A stretch of 64,000 nucleotides of DNA from an uncultured delta proteobacterium (GTDB lineage Bacteria; Desulfobacterota; Binatia; UBA9968): assembly GCA_963745035.1 (NCBI GenBank), contig CAVUVW010000014.1, positions 994,754 through 1,058,753 on the forward strand, in the 5' to 3' direction. A program made the position numbers and the translations under genes. The notes beneath the pieces are model-generated. The model was not told the DNA's origin, did not search any database, and saw nothing but the letters and a program-made list of their open reading frames with translations. Positions 10,783-20,295 of this stretch are shown piece after piece (position 1 is the first letter of the stretch; every line of letters begins with the position of its first letter).

Positions 10783-11274
10783 CTAGTAGATGTTCAGCGC
10801 AAGTCCGGCCGCCAGAGTGGCGCCGATCTCCTCACAGCGCTGTAAGTCGAACGGCCCGATCTCTTTCGGCGCAAGGATGGCGTCGGGTGTTTGCGCGTGG
10901 GTGCAGACGATGATCGGTTCGGCGACCGCTTTGAGGCGCCAGCCCGTGGCGATTCGTTGAATTTGCCGCGCGGCGTTTTCGCCGTCGCTGCCGGCGCAGA
11001 TGAGAACGGCATAAGGGCGGCCGACGATGCGGTCCAAAACCGGATAGTAGGTGCGGTCGAAAAAATCTTTCATCATGCCCGACATCATCGCGAGATTTTC
11101 CGGAGTGGCGAAGACGTAGCCGTCGGCCTGAAGCAGCTCGTCCGGACCGGCTTCAGCGGCATGAATAAAGTTCAGCGACACGTCGGGCTCTGAGGCCGCG
11201 CCTTTGGCGGCCGCTTCGGCCATTTGGTAAGTGCCGCCGGTTTTGGAGTGGAAGACGATCAGCAGTTTCTTCAT
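10783..11274 (-). CDS. Flavodoxin family protein
   Basis: VFHSKTGGT, ATPENL and CAGSDG FMN motifs. Confidence 0.88.
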   Translation of the reverse strand: MKKLLIVFHSKTGGTYQMAEAAAKGAASEPDVSLNFIHAAEAGPDELLQADGYVFATPENLAMMSGMMKDFFDRTYYPVLDRIVGRPYAVLICAGSDGENAARQIQRIATGWRLKAVAEPIIVCTHAQTPDAILAPKEIGPFDLQRCEEIGATLAAGLALNIY

Positions 11275-11290
11275 GGGAAGAATACATCTT

Positions 11291-11359
11291 ACCGCAGAGA
11301 CGCGGAGAGCGTAGAGGGAAGACGCTTCTTTCTCTGCGACCTCCGCGCCTCGGCCGGTG
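11291..11359. repeat. ACCGCAGAG-type palindromic intergenic repeat
   Basis: ACCGCAGAGACGCGGAG...CTCTGCGACCTCCGCG..CGGT; related copies at 14674, 46230 and 47817. Confidence 0.7.
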
Positions 11360-11361
11360 AA

Positions 11362-12291
11362 CTATGCTTTCGTGGAAAGGCGGAGGACGAGGTCGTCGAT
11401 GAAGCCCTCGTCGTCCAACTCTTTGACCCAGTGGAGATCCCATAGCGTCATGGGGTTCTCGATGCGCGCGCCGTATTCGTGGGCGGCGATGGCGTTGGTG
11501 TTCACGATCGCTTCGGCGGTCGGGTAGGGCTTGACGCGGAGCATCTCGGCGATGGAGCCGACCTGCCGGCGCAGCTCTGCGCGATCGGAGACTTCCATGA
11601 GCCGCATGGGTTCTTGGGCGGCGATCTCCACCGCCTCGTCTGTGCTGGTAATCAACAAGGCGAGAGCGTGGATGACCGCCTTCATATAAGCTTTCATCAA
11701 CGCGGAATTTTCCGCGGCGAAGCTCGACATGCAGGCCTGGGCGAAATTGCTGACGATCTCGGCTTCCTCGACGGGAAAGGTCTTCAGTCCGGCGGCGAGC
11801 GCGGGCGGCAGATAGATCGGCGCGACGAAGCAGGCGGCGCATTCGCCGCTCGCCACTTTGCGCCACTGCTGCCAGCGGCCGATCTCCTTGTCGGTTACTA
11901 TGACCGTTTCGACGTCCCGCTCCAAGCCCACCTTGCGCAGCCACAAGGTGACGGCAAAGGGCCTGCCCAAGTCGCGCACCGCCATGCGCTTGCCGCGCAA
12001 TTGATCGATGGAAGTGAAATCGCGCGGCACGACCAGTTGAAGGCCGCGGTGGAGCTGCGGCGCGCAGAAGAACGTTACTTTTCGGCCGCGCGCCGCCTCC
12101 AGGTAGAGATACTCGATATGTTCGATGATCGTGTCACAGCGACCGTCGAGCAGGGCGTTCTCGAAGGCCTGCCGCTCGTGAATGTGAACCACTTCGACGT
12201 TCACGCCGTAGTGCTTTTCGGCCATGGCTTTGATGCAATAGATGACGGGCGTGCGATCGTGGTCGCGGTAGGCAAGACGTACGGTTGCCAT
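11362..12291 (-). CDS. ABC substrate-binding protein-like (NMT1 type, no evident signal peptide)
   Basis: MATVRLAYRDHD..., QLRGKRMAV, KPYPT, WDLHWVKELDDEGFIDDL. Confidence 0.75.
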   Translation of the reverse strand: MATVRLAYRDHDRTPVIYCIKAMAEKHYGVNVEVVHIHERQAFENALLDGRCDTIIEHIEYLYLEAARGRKVTFFCAPQLHRGLQLVVPRDFTSIDQLRGKRMAVRDLGRPFAVTLWLRKVGLERDVETVIVTDKEIGRWQQWRKVASGECAACFVAPIYLPPALAAGLKTFPVEEAEIVSNFAQACMSSFAAENSALMKAYMKAVIHALALLITSTDEAVEIAAQEPMRLMEVSDRAELRRQVGSIAEMLRVKPYPTAEAIVNTNAIAAHEYGARIENPMTLWDLHWVKELDDEGFIDDLVLRLSTKA

Positions 12292-12293
12292 TG

Positions 12294-13029
12294 CTAAAAC
12301 GGACCTTCGGGTGGGCTGGGCCACGACTTCAGCAACTTGCCGTAGCCGCTGATCTCGTATTTTGCGCCGAGCTTGGAAAGGATCAGCCACAGCATGGCCG
12401 GGTTGCTGGCGACGATCGGGTATTTTCAGTTCGGCTTCGAGGCTTTCGAGGATAGGGATCGGGTCGAGCAGGGCCCCCTGAAAGTAAATGGCGTCTACGT
12501 CGGGATACTGCGCGAGCGCGCTCCGGGTCATCGACGCCACATCGGTGCTGGAAAGTTTTTGCGCGTCGGTGTGGGCGCGCAGGGTTTGCGGCGGGTAGAA
12601 CGACTCGATGCCAAAGCCGGCGAGATAGTCGCGGTAAAGTTTCTTTAGCTGATCGTCCACCGGCGTCATCAAGAGAATGCGCTTGGCGGAAAAGGCGGTG
12701 AGCGCGGCGACGGACGACCTGAGCGCGAGGGAGACGGGCACCGGCAACGCTGCGGAAACCTTTTCCCACATGCCGGGATTGAGCGCTTCCTTGGGTGCGC
12801 CGCTGATGATCACGCCTTGCCAGCCGTGCTCGGCGATGAGCGCCCGTGTCTGATCGATCAGCGCATCCAACTTGCCGCGGGCATCGTAGAGTGAGGTTTT
12901 CTCGCCGGCTTCCTGGATAAACGTGAAATCGATGTCTTTGGGGATGAAAGCGCGAAAGCTATCGTGGTGCGGACTCGACGGCGCGCTGGAACCGATGAAA
13001 CCGATCTTTAGTTTAGGCGCGGGCGACAT
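12294..13029 (-). CDS. Asp/Glu racemase / maleate isomerase-like protein (frameshift ~12418)
   Basis: Removing one C restores LKIPIVASNPAMLWLIL...GYGKLL and a stop at 12294. Confidence 0.7.
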
Positions 13030-13085
13030 AGCTGCCTAACGTGACAAATTTTCTTGGCTCATTCATCAAGGCCAGGGCTTGCTAT

Positions 13086-13280
13086 CTATTTCGGCGGCGT
13101 TTCCGAAGCGAGCACGCCGCGTACGCCCCAGTCTTCTTTCGCGACATCGTGAAAAAGAATGTTCAGCGACTCGGGCTTGATGTTGGCGACTTCCTCGAAG
13201 TCTTTGGAGATGCGTTTGACCAATTCATTTTTTACTTGCGTGCTTCTTCCGGGGAACAAGTAGATATGGACGACTGGCAT
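13086..13280 (-). CDS. 4-oxalocrotonate tautomerase family
   Basis: Pro-1, GRS..VK, DWGVRG. Confidence 0.9.
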   Translation of the reverse strand: MPVVHIYLFPGRSTQVKNELVKRISKDFEEVANIKPESLNILFHDVAKEDWGVRGVLASETPPK

Positions 13281-13399
13281 GGTGACCTCCCGTGCAATTT
13301 CGTTGGTTCAGGCATATGCAAGTGCGGAACGAAAGGCAACTGGAAAAGGACGGCATGCTGGGAAAGATTCTTCCTTGCCGTTTGGAATTGTATGATCTG

Positions 13400-13459
13400 T
13401 CATCCCACTAAATACGCGGTCAATGCCGAGTGCTTGACTCGGGAGGCCGCTTGGGATGA
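13400..13459 (+). promoter_or_regulatory. Candidate structured leader RNA upstream of the CbtB-like gene
   Basis: Nested stems TCATCCCA/TGGGATGA, GCGGTC/GGCCGC and CCGAGT/ACTCGG. Confidence 0.35.
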
Positions 13460-13490
13460 GAATGGCCGCACATCACGCGGGAGAATGATC

Positions 13491-13679
13491 ATGGAAAGAA
13501 CAGTCACCAGCCGGTTCGGCATTTCGCTTTCGGAACGAGTTTCGTTCCTGATCAAGTCAGGTATTTTTCTCGCCGTCTGCGGCGCGACTCTGTTCGTTGC
13601 CTTGGCCGCCAGTTATCCCGCGGTTCATGACACCCTGCACAACGTGCGTCACGCGCTAGCCATCGTTCCTTGTCACTAA
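13491..13679 (+). CDS. CbtB-like cobalt transporter small subunit
   Basis: One TM segment then VHDTLHNVRHALAIVPCH (H-D-x-x-H-x-x-R-H...PCH); GGGAGA RBS. Confidence 0.8.
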   Translation: MERTVTSRFGISLSERVSFLIKSGIFLAVCGATLFVALAASYPAVHDTLHNVRHALAIVPCH

Positions 13680-14650
13680 AGAATTCCTTTCTACTGCTTC
13701 TTTTCGCTGCTGCCGCGTTCCTGCAATCCCCTGTTCGGGCAGAGGAGCTGAACGTCTATTTCAAGACCACGCCGCGTTTGGAGCTGCTCCGGCCGTTTGT
13801 GGACGCGACGGACTTGTCCTTGTTGGTTACCGGCGCGGACGGCCGCCCGCTTAACCAGGGAACGGTGGCCATCCGCCTAGAAGCTCCCCGGGCAGGGCGT
13901 TTTTTCTCCACGGATTATCCGCTTGTCGAGGGAACCGTGCTGAGCGAGCTGCAACTGCGGCTGCGACAGGGCAGGGCGAATTGGAAACAGCTTCTGCCGA
14001 TCCGCGGCGAGTACCGGCTGACGGTAAACGTTCTCGCCAGCGACGGAACCAAAGCGAGCCGGGTGTTCGCATTCGACGTGCGCGAGAACCGCATGAAATG
14101 GCTTGCACTTACGGCGTTCTCAGCGTGCCTGCTCGCTTTAGGGTTCGTTGCCGGCAGAATTTTCACCGGCAATCGCGCGGGAGGCGCGGCGAGCATCGTT
14201 GGTCTGATGCTTTTGACTGGAGCGGCCCCAGCTTTAAGTTCGCAAGCCGACCGCGATAGTTCCGCGATTCTCGAAATCGAGCCGGCCACTGTCGGAAAGC
14301 TCAGTCAAGTGCGCTGGAAAGCGCTGCCCGCCAGCGGTGGGGGAACCACTATCCTGACGTTGACGATCAGTCATTTGGAGAAGCAGAAAGTTGTTTTCGC
14401 GGTGGAGAAGATCCCGGTGGACGCTGCGTGGTCGATGAAGTTCCATTTCCCTGACGCCGGCGAATATCGTATTGCGGCAGTCGCCAACATTCCCGGCCGT
14501 CCGCCCGTGCGAAGCGAGTACGGCATCAGCGTTGCCGGCGTCGCGCCTCCCGCAAGCACGATGATCGGCGCGCTGCTGTTTTTTGTCGGTTTGATCGCGG
14601 TTGGTCTTGGGTTCGGGCGTTGGAGCAAGCGCCGCGTCCCCTCTCGATAG
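13670..14650 (+). CDS. Hypothetical membrane-anchored protein with two beta-rich (YtkA/FixH-like) domains
   Basis: Signal peptide, two GEYR-containing beta domains, each followed by a TM segment; overlaps the cbtB stop. Confidence 0.6.
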   Translation: MSLKNSFLLLLFAAAAFLQSPVRAEELNVYFKTTPRLELLRPFVDATDLSLLVTGADGRPLNQGTVAIRLEAPRAGRFFSTDYPLVEGTVLSELQLRLRQGRANWKQLLPIRGEYRLTVNVLASDGTKASRVFAFDVRENRMKWLALTAFSACLLALGFVAGRIFTGNRAGGAASIVGLMLLTGAAPALSSQADRDSSAILEIEPATVGKLSQVRWKALPASGGGTTILTLTISHLEKQKVVFAVEKIPVDAAWSMKFHFPDAGEYRIAAVANIPGRPPVRSEYGISVAGVAPPASTMIGALLFFVGLIAVGLGFGRWSKRRVPSR

Positions 14651-14673
14651 CAATACGGGTGCGGAAGGCATTT

Positions 14674-14748
14674 ACCGCGGAGGCGCTGAGCACGCAGAGA
14701 GATTCTCAAAAGAGGTCTCCGACTCGGCGATCTCCGCGGCTCGGTGGT
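14674..14748. repeat. ACCGCAGAG-type palindromic repeat
   Basis: Same family as 11291-11359. Confidence 0.6.
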
Positions 14749-14841
14749 TTTCGGTCCTAGGCGAAAACAAAAAGGGCATCCGTCTCGCAGACGAGTGCAA
14801 AATGAACTTATTTACCTTGGAGTGACAGCAACTTCGAAAAA

Positions 14842-15282
14842 ATGACCAAGCAGGATGACCGCGTAAACACCACGTCAACAAAAACTCCGAATGCCGGGGG
14901 TGCGCCGCTAGGGAATCAGAATCATCTCACGCATGGAGTTTCCAAGCTGGAAGCAGAGCGCAAGCGCGGGCGAATTGACCGGCGTACGACTCCTTACCGG
15001 GCGATGAAGAAGCTGGAGCGGTCGGTCGAGTCGAACTTCACTGAGTCTCGGAAGAAGTGGCACCGCCAAAGCATTGCTCGGGGTCAGTACTACGTGAAGC
15101 TGGTACACGAGCACGTGCTGACGCTGAAGCACGTTACCCGCAAAGGCAGAGTGCATGTATTGCAACGCATAAATTACAGAGCAGAAGAGATTGCCCGCCG
15201 TGACAATCTCGATCTTAAACAGCCCAGCGATCTCGTGAGTGCATACTCGAGAGTCTGCAATGAGGACCCTGGGATTCTATGA
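14842..15282 (+). CDS. Phage terminase small subunit-like protein
   Basis: GGAPLGNQNHLTHG matches the GAPxGNxNAxxHG motif of many TerS proteins; basic. Confidence 0.5.
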   Translation: MTKQDDRVNTTSTKTPNAGGAPLGNQNHLTHGVSKLEAERKRGRIDRRTTPYRAMKKLERSVESNFTESRKKWHRQSIARGQYYVKLVHEHVLTLKHVTRKGRVHVLQRINYRAEEIARRDNLDLKQPSDLVSAYSRVCNEDPGIL

Positions 15283-15569
15283 TTTATACCGGCGCGTTTT
15301 CAGGGTGCCTGTTCGGGCGGTTTCGCTGATGGAGTGAAACGGCTTCTCCCAGAGATGCTAGTCTTGCCTGCTGTTCGACGTATCGTTGAACTGAGGCGTC
15401 GTTCCGTTCAAAGCAACGAAACAATTTATTGCGAGGCAGCGCGCAATGTAGTGCTAGTGGGCCACTTGATTCGGAATCAAGTTCGTTTCCGCGGGTCGAC
15501 GGTGTGGGGGGCGAGGGCAGGGTGCAGCCTGTTTCTATACCTCGGATTGTTTCATTTCCTGACCAGAAA

Positions 15570-16151
15570 TCAGAAAAGGGCGTCTTTCGTCGAGGTCACC
15601 AGAAAGCAGGTACAGCCGGTTTCACTCCACACACGATGATCAACACTGCCCGCCTCACCGTGGATGAAATCGCCGGGATATAGTGTTCTGTCATCGACCT
15701 TCAATATGCCGTGGAGAAGATGCAGTTCTTCGATGCCCGCATGCGTGTGTCCGGGATAATCGGTTCCCGGATCAAGCCGGACCAACATGCTCACGCTGTC
15801 GTTTTCCGGGTTCCTCGCGAGTATTTTGACATGAATACCTGGCGCTGCTTCTTCCCACTCTGGTTTAACCGGTGCTTCCAACGGAGGTACGAACGGCCGC
15901 GTGGCCGTTTCGTTGGCGATTCGCTTCGCGAGCCGGTCCCATAGAGATTCCGCGGGGCGCAACACATCGATGGACCAGCCAACAAACGAGCGGACAATGG
16001 GCCGGAGCATCTCGATTTCCTGCCGGCAATCCTCGCATGACGAGATTTGAGCTTCAACCGAAGCAATCTCCCCCGGAGGAAGCGACTGCAATGCAAACAG
16101 GACCACGAGATCCAGATGCTCTTGACTGTGTGTGTCCGGTTTTGTGTTCAT
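15570..16151 (-). CDS. ChrR-like anti-sigma factor with C-terminal cupin
   Basis: CEDC zinc-type motif, YPGHTH..EE, DHRVWSETGC; downstream of the ECF sigma gene. Confidence 0.85.
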   Translation of the reverse strand: MNTKPDTHSQEHLDLVVLFALQSLPPGEIASVEAQISSCEDCRQEIEMLRPIVRSFVGWSIDVLRPAESLWDRLAKRIANETATRPFVPPLEAPVKPEWEEAAPGIHVKILARNPENDSVSMLVRLDPGTDYPGHTHAGIEELHLLHGILKVDDRTLYPGDFIHGEAGSVDHRVWSETGCTCFLVTSTKDALF

Positions 16152-16161
16152 CCGTTCCCTT

Positions 16162-16779
16162 CTATTTCCTTCCCAGCGCTTCTCGGAGTTTTCCCATGCC
16201 GGAGCGGATTCGTGTCTTCACGGTCCCGAGAGGTTGATTCAACTTCCTTGCCGTTTCTTCATAAGTCAATTCAGAGAAAAATGCGGTTTCGATCGCATTT
16301 CGTTCTTCTGGAGTCAGGACCTCAAGCGCATTCCGCAACAAGCGGCTCTGCTCCTCAAATAGAAAGACTTGTTGAGGATCAACAATGTCCGTTGTCGGCC
16401 GCAAGCTGTGTGGATACGTGTTCACTCGTTTTTTTCTCTGATCGAACCGCAGGCGATCAATCGCCCTGCTGCGCGCCTGATTCATGATCCAGCCGACGAC
16501 GGATCCGTTAGCAGGATCATAGGTCGAGGCTTTTCGCCACACGTCATAGAACACATCGAGCGTGACTTCTTCGGCAGTTTCTCGATTCGCGGTTATCCGC
16601 ACGATCAACGTAAAAACGATTCGATGCGTTTGCTCGTAAAGGGAATGCAGTGCACCCTGGTCACCGCCGGCGACGGCTCGGACGAGCTGTAGCCACTCAT
16701 CCTCGGAAACGCGAACCTTTGCCTTATCGGCATAGAGAATATCCCCCAGCGTTTTTCTATCCGGCGCACCCACGACCAA
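16162..16779 (-). CDS. ECF RNA polymerase sigma factor
   Basis: AEEVTLDVF..W, ARSRAIDRLR, PLGTVKTRIRSG. Confidence 0.92.
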   Translation of the reverse strand: MVVGAPDRKTLGDILYADKAKVRVSEDEWLQLVRAVAGGDQGALHSLYEQTHRIVFTLIVRITANRETAEEVTLDVFYDVWRKASTYDPANGSVVGWIMNQARSRAIDRLRFDQRKKRVNTYPHSLRPTTDIVDPQQVFLFEEQSRLLRNALEVLTPEERNAIETAFFSELTYEETARKLNQPLGTVKTRIRSGMGKLREALGRK

Positions 16780-17093
16780 AGATCATGCCGGGAGCAATTC
16801 TGCCAGTCAAGGCCGGAAACCGACCCAGGCCTATTCCTCGCAGGCAGCGTGATCTTGTAGGTTGCGCCTACACAAGAATAAACGCCAAAAGTCTGCCGCC
16901 GGATTTAAAATGGAAACAAAAAATTACGTATCCGTTGCCGAAGAAAATTTTTGCAGAGTACAAATCTAAGATCTGATCGTTGACGTTATTCAAGTGTGTG
17001 TCATTTGTGATGCAAGTGAGAAGTCCCTGGAGCAAACTGGTCGGAAAAACCGTATAAAATCGAAAAAAATCGCCACAGTCACAACAAATCCTC

Positions 17094-17423
17094 TTGGAGG
17101 CATATGAGTCGCAATACACCAGTTCCCGTCCCGATAAAGAGGAGACTCGCGCAGGCGGCGCAATTATCGGGAACGAGTTAGCCTCAGATAGATTTCTCAT
17201 TCAGGTCCCCATGAATACGTATGCGCGTTGCCTGGCCAAGTGTGATCCGAAATCACCTGAGTACAAATTGCTGAGGAACGGCATCATTCTTCATGACGAT
17301 CCTCACAAAGTCATGGTCCACATCCGCTGTGATGCCGATAAGGCTCGCGTGATCCGCCGTATTGTGGCCAAGGAATGCCCCGAGGTTTTGGATGAGCTTC
17401 ACGTTTATCCCGAGCTCGCATGA
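17094..17423 (+). CDS. Small hypothetical protein (start uncertain, possibly 17211)
   Basis: Plausible protein composition, SPEYKLLRNGII...IRCD...ECPE. Confidence 0.5.
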   Translation: MEAYESQYTSSRPDKEETRAGGAIIGNELASDRFLIQVPMNTYARCLAKCDPKSPEYKLLRNGIILHDDPHKVMVHIRCDADKARVIRRIVAKECPEVLDELHVYPELA

Positions 17424-17540
17424 TTGGGTTGCACAGGAAATAAACCGTCCTCCGGTACGCTGCCCGGGCATGATTGTAGTACGCGGCAACTGCCTACCGA
17501 GGATCGAAACCGGACAAAACCGAAGGAGAGCACATAAATC

Positions 17541-17849
17541 ATGCAACTCCGTGACCACCCGCTAGTGCTGAAACATGACAGGAGCATTTGGCCTCCGATC
17601 TGGACAAATACCCGGCTTAACAAGAAAGATAAGCCGCGCGGCGAAGTCGGAATACTGAGGCAGGTATTGATGAATGAAACTTTCGATACCCAGTGTTTTC
17701 TGATGATCGAATACAACGGCAATCAATACATGGGATGTTTAAACTTTAGCCAAGCTGGGTTTTGTAAACAAATTTGCGCCATCTTAGAGTTGATGATTGG
17801 TCGGTCACTCACGGACATAGGTGATTTGGATTTGTCCCACACCCTCTAG
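17541..17849 (+). CDS. Unknown ~100-aa family, paralog 1
   Basis: MQLRDHPLV..WPPIW..GEVGIL..CFLMIEYNG..FCKQ..DIGDLDLSHTL; AGGAG RBS. Confidence 0.85.
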   Translation: MQLRDHPLVLKHDRSIWPPIWTNTRLNKKDKPRGEVGILRQVLMNETFDTQCFLMIEYNGNQYMGCLNFSQAGFCKQICAILELMIGRSLTDIGDLDLSHTL

Positions 17850-18034
17850 CTGGTTCGCTTCCAACTACTACGGAATGGGTTCTTACCTGTGGGTCTGCGA
17901 TCTGCTCGACCTTGAGACCTCATGGATCCGCCCGGCGCATGCATTCAGCACCGCGCGGCGTGCCGCCGTGCTGGAAGGCGCCGATGAGTACGAATTAGAG
18001 CTTGCGTGTGATTTACTGAGCGCCTAGCCATGCT

Positions 18035-18337
18035 CTAAATCGCAAGGCTGCCGATTGTCGCGATAGTTCGGCCGATGTTCTTGTTTAAAAACAAGCAGAC
18101 CTGCTTACAGAACAAATCATCTTCTAACATGATCGCGCCGACAAAGGTTTCGGACTGATACTCCATCGTGACAAAGCAAGTTTTCCGACTACCTCTCGTC
18201 ATATAGGCGGTGGAAAGCGTGCCCAATTCGCCGTGGATCTGTTTCTTGTGATGTTTCCCTTCGCTAACGTTTGTCCAAACGGGAGGCCAACTTCTGGTTC
18301 TGTGGAAGCACATAGCGGGATGATTGCGCATGTCCAT
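18035..18337 (-). CDS. Unknown ~100-aa family, paralog 2
   Basis: MRNHPAM..WPPVW..GELGTL..CFVTMEY..DDLFCKQ..IGRTIATIGSL. Confidence 0.85.
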   Translation of the reverse strand: MDMRNHPAMCFHRTRSWPPVWTNVSEGKHHKKQIHGELGTLSTAYMTRGSRKTCFVTMEYQSETFVGAIMLEDDLFCKQVCLFLNKNIGRTIATIGSLAI

Positions 18338-18799
18338 GTAATGACTATCTCACGGCGGCAACGCCAAACATAGGCGTGTAAAATAAATAACGCGCGTAAG
18401 GGGCCGGACCCTTTAGAGCCCGGCTCGGCCGCTGGTCTTCAAGACCAATCGAGCCCGCGGATGCATGTTGCTGTGCGCGCTTTTCACCTTCCGGATTTCG
18501 ACTCGCCGGCTCCTCGCGACCCGTGGAAAAAAAACTTTGAACCAGTCTTCAACCGAGATAAAATTAAGAGATGATCGTAGTTTACCGCAAGCGCAAAGGC
18601 GGCTCCCGCTGGCACTTCCATACCGAATGTCCGGGTTGGCCGGAGACTAATTATATTCAGGTCCAGTTTGGACAACTCGCAGCCGGCGAACGCGTTTGTG
18701 AAGAATGCGTTAGGCTTGAATCTCAAATGTTTCCAGGAAAAAAATGAGTTCAAGGGCAAAACCCCGGCTACGATGTGCGACGGGTGCGGTGACGGTGAG

Positions 18800-19073
18800 T
18801 CAAAATTCCAGATCCTCGACACTTTGCATTGAACTTCCGGTGTAGTCGGAAAGAAAGTCTATAATCGGCAGTAAATTTGCGGGTGCATTCACATTCCCAC
18901 GAGCGATCCGGCCGCTAACATCCATGCCATTGTAATCAACCCGGATCATGAGTTCGTGTGGAAACAGCTCGCACCCTACAAAAATGCCGTCTTTTCTGAT
19001 CTTCTCGGCCGGAATAGTTTCGTATGTTGGCCTTGTCCATGTTTTCGGCCACCAAGGTCTCGCCAAGTTTCAT
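18800..19073 (-). CDS. Unknown ~100-aa family, divergent paralog 3 (start ATG 19073 with frameshift, or TTG 19066)
   Basis: WWPKTW..DGIF..LMIRVDYNG..SG..FL..TGSSMQSVEDLEF aligns with the family pattern. Confidence 0.6.
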
Positions 19074-19255
19074 CGTCTGCTGATCCTATTCCGCTTATGT
19101 TTCTCTTGCTCGATCATTGAATCCCTAATCGCTTTTGCATGGGCGACGGCACGTATTGAGTCCGATTTGGTTTCTTTCACGGCCTGACGAAGCCCACGAG
19201 ATTGCTCAATTAGTTTTCGGCTCTGTTCCAACAGTTCTAGAATGGATTGAGGCAC
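19070..19255 (-). CDS. Small helical hypothetical protein
   Basis: AGGAG RBS; the stop overlaps ATG 19073 (ATGA). Confidence 0.6.
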   Translation of the reverse strand: MPQSILELLEQSRKLIEQSRGLRQAVKETKSDSIRAVAHAKAIRDSMIEQEKHKRNRISRR

Positions 19256-19436
19256 GGCAGGACTCCTTTCCCTATTGGCTTAGGGTTCGGGCTCCCGGTC
19301 CTACGGCCCCGGTGGGATAAGCTCAAACGGTTACTGGAGTCAGACTCTAGGCTTAATCACGCCCAAGTGTCCAATGAAAAGTGAATGTCGGAAACCCGAC
19401 AAGTCGCGTCTGTGTTGTAGCGTACTGCTTGGGAGG

Positions 19437-19765
19437 TTAGAGCGTATGCGACAAATCCAAGTCGCCGATGTCTTTCATAGAGCGGCCAATGTTTGCTTGA
19501 AGGATCGTCAAAGATTTGTGAGCAGAATCGGGGATCGTCGAAGTGCATCGAACCCACATATCGAAAGCCTTGATGTTCGATAAACAGAAAAATTTTGTTA
19601 TCGAAGAGTTCGTGCATCCTCGCACGTTCAAGAAATCCGACTTCGCCGGTCGGCAGAGTCGTTAACGTCGAGGCGCGTCGTTGTCCATCTCGGCGGCCAA
19701 GTCGGGACACCGCTTTTGCGGGTCATTAGCGGGTGGTCACGGAGCTGCACAACCCGAATAGCCAT
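19437..19765 (-). CDS. Unknown ~100-aa family, paralog 4 (two frameshifts, ~19657 and ~19510)
   Basis: VQLRDHPLMTRKSGVPTWPPRW / GEVGFL..FIEHQG..YVGSMHFDDPRFCSQIF / IGRSMKDIGDLDLSHTL in three successive frame segments. Confidence 0.8.
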
Positions 19766-19792
19766 GGTTTGTAAGCGTGGCCGGAAAATCTG

Positions 19793-20110
19793 CTAGAGTG
19801 TATAGGCCATGTCCAAAGAGCCGATCTCTTTAATCGACAGGTTCACATGGTGATGCAGCACGAAGTGAAGCTGACGACAAAACGCGCCATCCTCAATGAG
19901 AAGCGTTCCTATATAGTTTCGGCCTTCGTATTCGGCATATAAGTGGCAGGCATATCCCGACATCGACGAATACGACACTCGTCTTAGTACGCCGATTTCG
20001 CCGGAGATGCATTTATTCTTAGGCTGTTCGATTGGGCTCCATCTTGGAGGCCACGTCGGCATCCCATAATATCGCATCAGCGGGTGATTGCGCAGTTCCA
20101 CTGACTCCAA
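19793..20110 (-). CDS. Unknown ~100-aa family, paralog 5
   Basis: LRNHPLM..WPPRW..GEIGVL..CHLYAEYEG..YIG..FCRQ..EIGSLDMAYTL. Confidence 0.85.
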   Translation of the reverse strand: MESVELRNHPLMRYYGMPTWPPRWSPIEQPKNKCISGEIGVLRRVSYSSMSGYACHLYAEYEGRNYIGTLLIEDGAFCRQLHFVLHHHVNLSIKEIGSLDMAYTL

Positions 20111-20295
20111 TTACATCACGAATACTCGGGTCTGGTAAGGTGGGTACAAAATAAAGCTGAAGCGGTCTCCTGTCCTTTAGTCCTCGTCCGTCGGATCATT
20201 TCATTCTGTTGCGCCGCGGTTTTCATAGCGTATAGAAATATTCCCGATGTTAAACCGGGGTTTGACAACGGAATCCGATTGTTATTTAAAGCGTT

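Noticed and set aside
11362-13029. 555-aa racemase-binding protein fusion
   Set aside because: One extra C at ~12418 creates it; correction gives the family C-terminus, a stop at 12294 and an ATG at 12291.
13300-13480. Cobalamin riboswitch
   Set aside because: The conserved B12-box and core motifs are not recognisable.
18640-18800. Possible seventh paralog (..GCELSKLDL..)
   Set aside because: Only a weak C-terminal resemblance; no HP, WPP or GE motifs.
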